From positions 7,346 through 71,345 of the forward strand of contig CANIKO010000016.1 in NCBI GenBank assembly GCA_947468275.1: a stretch of DNA of 64,000 nucleotides, read 5' to 3'. Shown here in pieces: positions 61,565-64,000 of this stretch; the first letter of the stretch is position 1, and every line of letters starts with the position of its first letter. Below the pieces are notes generated by a model. That model was not told the origin of the DNA. It did no database searches and saw only the letters and a program-made list of their open reading frames with translations. The stretch comes from Bacteroidota bacterium. GTDB lineage: Bacteria > Bacteroidota > Bacteroidia > NS11-12g > UBA9320. The position numbers and the translations under genes are program-made.

Positions 61565-62083
61565 ATGAAAAAAATTGTATTAACCGTTATTTTAGGCGTT
61601 TTCGTTTCTGGTTTTGTATCAGCACAGAAAACTAAAAAATCAGCTTCTAAAAAAGCCACCCCTACTACCATTGTTGCTCCAGTAAAAGCAGCTGACGAGA
61701 AAATTGAAATCGTTACAGATGGTTTACCAAAAATTAAATTTGTGGAAGAATCACACGATTTTGGAAACATTAAAGAAGGCACACAAGCTACTTATGAATT
61801 TAAGTTTACCAATACAGGTAATGCCCCACTAATATTAGAATCTGTGCAAGCTAGTTGTGGATGCACAACTCCAGAATGGAGTAAAGACCCAATAGCAGCA
61901 GGTCAAAGCGGCAAAGTTATTGCTACATTTAACAGTTCAGGCCGTCCTGGAACATTTACCAAAACAATCACTGTAAAATATAATGGTGCTGTTGAAACCA
62001 ACACTAATTACTTAACAATTAAAGGATTTGTAGAATCAGCTCCAGTTACTCCTCCAACACCGGTTGCTGTTCCTGAACATTAA
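61565..62083 (+). CDS. DUF1573 protein 1
   Basis: HDFGNI, FTNTG, ASCGCT, F.KTITV. Confidence 0.88.
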   Translation: MKKIVLTVILGVFVSGFVSAQKTKKSASKKATPTTIVAPVKAADEKIEIVTDGLPKIKFVEESHDFGNIKEGTQATYEFKFTNTGNAPLILESVQASCGCTTPEWSKDPIAAGQSGKVIATFNSSGRPGTFTKTITVKYNGAVETNTNYLTIKGFVESAPVTPPTPVAVPEH

Positions 62084-62104
62084 TAAAAATTAATTTTTAA
62101 ATAT

Positions 62105-62142
62105 AAAAACCGGTTAGTCATTTAAACTTACCGGTTTTTTTT
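62105..62142 (+). terminator. Intrinsic terminator
   Basis: aaaaaccggt...accggtttttttt. Confidence 0.75.
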
Positions 62143-62184
62143 ATGGTATTCCGTTTGTTATAAACAAGTTAAAAAAAATAATAT

Positions 62185-62688
62185 ATGAAACTTTTGTTCG
62201 CTCTTTTTGTTGTTTTTAGTATTAATCAAAGTAACCTTTGGGCACAGGTAGATACTTCAACCAAAAATATAAATTCAAAAAAAGATACAAATACACCTAT
62301 TAAATTAGACACTTTGCCATTTGAAAAAGTATACTTAGGTAAGTCAAAGATTACTTTTAATGAAACAATTCATGACTTTGGAAAAGTCAAACTAAACCAT
62401 CCCGTAACTTGTATTTTTATATTTACAAATACTGGCAATGAGGATATTGCCATTACAGAGGTACAAAGAAGCTGTGGTTGCACAATACCTGATTGGAATC
62501 AAGATCCAGTGATTAAAGGCAATACTGGAAAAATTTCAGTTGTTTATAATAGTGCCAATATGGGTGAGTTTTCGAAAAGTATTTCCGTGAAATTTTCAAA
62601 TGGCGATATGGAATTCTTAACAATTAAAGGAACTGTAGAGTCGATTGCATCAGATCCAGCCACTCCATTACATACTCCGAATCATTAG
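62185..62688 (+). CDS. DUF1573 protein 2
   Basis: HDFGKV, FTNTG, SCGCT. Confidence 0.88.
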   Translation: MKLLFALFVVFSINQSNLWAQVDTSTKNINSKKDTNTPIKLDTLPFEKVYLGKSKITFNETIHDFGKVKLNHPVTCIFIFTNTGNEDIAITEVQRSCGCTIPDWNQDPVIKGNTGKISVVYNSANMGEFSKSISVKFSNGDMEFLTIKGTVESIASDPATPLHTPNH

Positions 62689-62727
62689 ATATTTTCCTTG
62701 GCATCAAATTTGTAAACTTTCTAATAG

Positions 62728-63138
62728 ATGAAGGTTTTTAGATTTGTTTCCATCGCATTATTGTTGATTACACTATCAGCCAAGGCTCAACCAGGCAGAA
62801 AAACTATCACCTTAGAAGCCGAAGGTCAACCCTCTTTAAAATTTGAAGAAATATTACACGATTTTGGAAATATAGTTGATGGAACTCAGGCGAGTTATGA
62901 GTTTAAATATACCAATACAGGCAAATCACCCCTTATTTTAACAGATGTAAAGCCACCCTGCAGCTGCACTACTCCTGAATGGCCTAAAGACCCTCTATTG
63001 CCTGGAAAATCAGCTAAAATAAAGGTAACTTTTGATAGTAAAGGAAAACCTGGTAGTTTTAGCAAAACGATAGAAGTGAAGCATAACGGGGAATCAGTAA
63101 GAGATTATATCACCATTAAAGGAATGGTTGGTACTTAA
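62728..63138 (+). CDS. DUF1573 protein 3
   Basis: HDFGNI, YTNTG, PCSCT. Confidence 0.88.
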   Translation: MKVFRFVSIALLLITLSAKAQPGRKTITLEAEGQPSLKFEEILHDFGNIVDGTQASYEFKYTNTGKSPLILTDVKPPCSCTTPEWPKDPLLPGKSAKIKVTFDSKGKPGSFSKTIEVKHNGESVRDYITIKGMVGT

Positions 63139-63173
63139 AAGAACAAATAGGATTGCAAATATATTTTTCAGTT

Positions 63174-63208
63174 AAAAACCCTTGTCAGTGTGTGACGAGG
63201 GTTTTTTT
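63174..63208. terminator. Bidirectional intrinsic terminator
   Basis: aaaaacccttgtca-gtgtg-tgacgagggttttttt between convergent genes. Confidence 0.85.
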
Positions 63209-64000
63209 ATAATATACTTTTCTGTACATCATTGAGCATTTTTTCAGACAATAGACCAGTAAGCCCACCAGTATGAATTGCCAAAATAGTTTCTCCTTTT
63301 TTGAAATACCCTTTTTTTGTTAAATCAGTAATCGCAAAAAATAACTTTGCTGTGTAAATAGGATCCGTTAATATGCCTGTTTTTGAGGCTAAATAGTTTA
63401 AAAACTGAAATAATTCAGGAGTTGTTTTAGCATAACCTCCAAAATGATAATTACTATGTACTGCATAGTTTTCTGCATTTGGAAAATATTTCAATAAGGT
63501 ATCTATTATAAATTCCCCTTGCTTTAGCACAGGTATACTATGGCATTGGGTCGTTAAATTGTAAGAAGCAATTCCTTTTACAATTCCAGCAAAAGTGCAA
63601 CCAGTGCCCGATGCACAAAATATGTGATTATAGCTGCGGGTAAGTTCAGTAATTATTTCCTCACATCCTTTAACTCCTTCCTCGTTTTCTCCACCTTCAG
63701 GAACAATAAAATATCCTTCATTTTTCCATCGTTCAGCTAATTGCCCTTTGTCTTTGTAGGATTCTCTAGTTACAAACTCCAGTTTCATTCCCCATAATTG
63801 AGCTAATATTAAAACATGATTCATTCCAGAAGGCTTTTCACCTCTTATAATTCCGATACATTCCACCTTATTTTCGGCGCAAAATGCCGCGGTGGCAATA
63901 ATATGATTAGAAAATGCTCCACCAAAAGTTACAATTCCTTTACAACCTGAATTTACAAAGCTAACATGATTGTATTTCAGTTTACGCCACTTATTGCCTG
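63207..64000 (-). CDS. ACC deaminase/D-cysteine desulfhydrase family PLP enzyme (5' end outside the window)
   Basis: Frame stays open past 63866: GNKWRKLKYN, TFGGAFSNH; also PEGG, GTG, FGGYAK, DPIYTAK, HTGG. Confidence 0.9.
   Translation of the reverse strand, partial: GNKWRKLKYNHVSFVNSGCKGIVTFGGAFSNHIIATAAFCAENKVECIGIIRGEKPSGMNHVLILAQLWGMKLEFVTRESYKDKGQLAERWKNEGYFIVPEGGENEEGVKGCEEIITELTRSYNHIFCASGTGCTFAGIVKGIASYNLTTQCHSIPVLKQGEFIIDTLLKYFPNAENYAVHSNYHFGGYAKTTPELFQFLNYLASKTGILTDPIYTAKLFFAITDLTKKGYFKKGETILAIHTGGLTGLLSEKMLNDVQKSIL

Overview
AT-rich Bacteroidota chromosomal segment. The assignment rests on TAnnTTTG -7 promoter boxes, T9SS type A/B cargo proteins, the exbB-exbD-exbD-tonB operon and a homodimeric GlyRS. 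Most of it is housekeeping or envelope genes (secDF, apaG, bcp, pdhC, thyA, aat, glyQS, rpsT, radC). I saw no rRNA, tRNA, CRISPR array, integrase or transposase. Stand-out observations: (1) a 9.2-kb putative sulfated-lipid/olefin cluster (AGMO-like di-iron enzyme, FabH/OleA-like, sulfotransferase, OleD-like SDR, MBL hydrolase, F390-synthetase-like adenylating enzyme, DUF2061-CysC) converging on CysDN, so it has its own PAPS supply; (2) a 454-bp cassette with one GxxExxY PD-(D/E)xK gene inside perfect 25-bp terminal inverted repeats; (3) a 102-bp REP-headed module present twice, one copy breaking a gene next to a REP-like pseudo-site; (4) a methylmalonyl-CoA mutase small+large subunit fusion whose linker resembles a translated REP; (5) a eukaryote-type UDP-galactopyranose mutase. 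All calls come from motif reading and recall of families; no searches were run.
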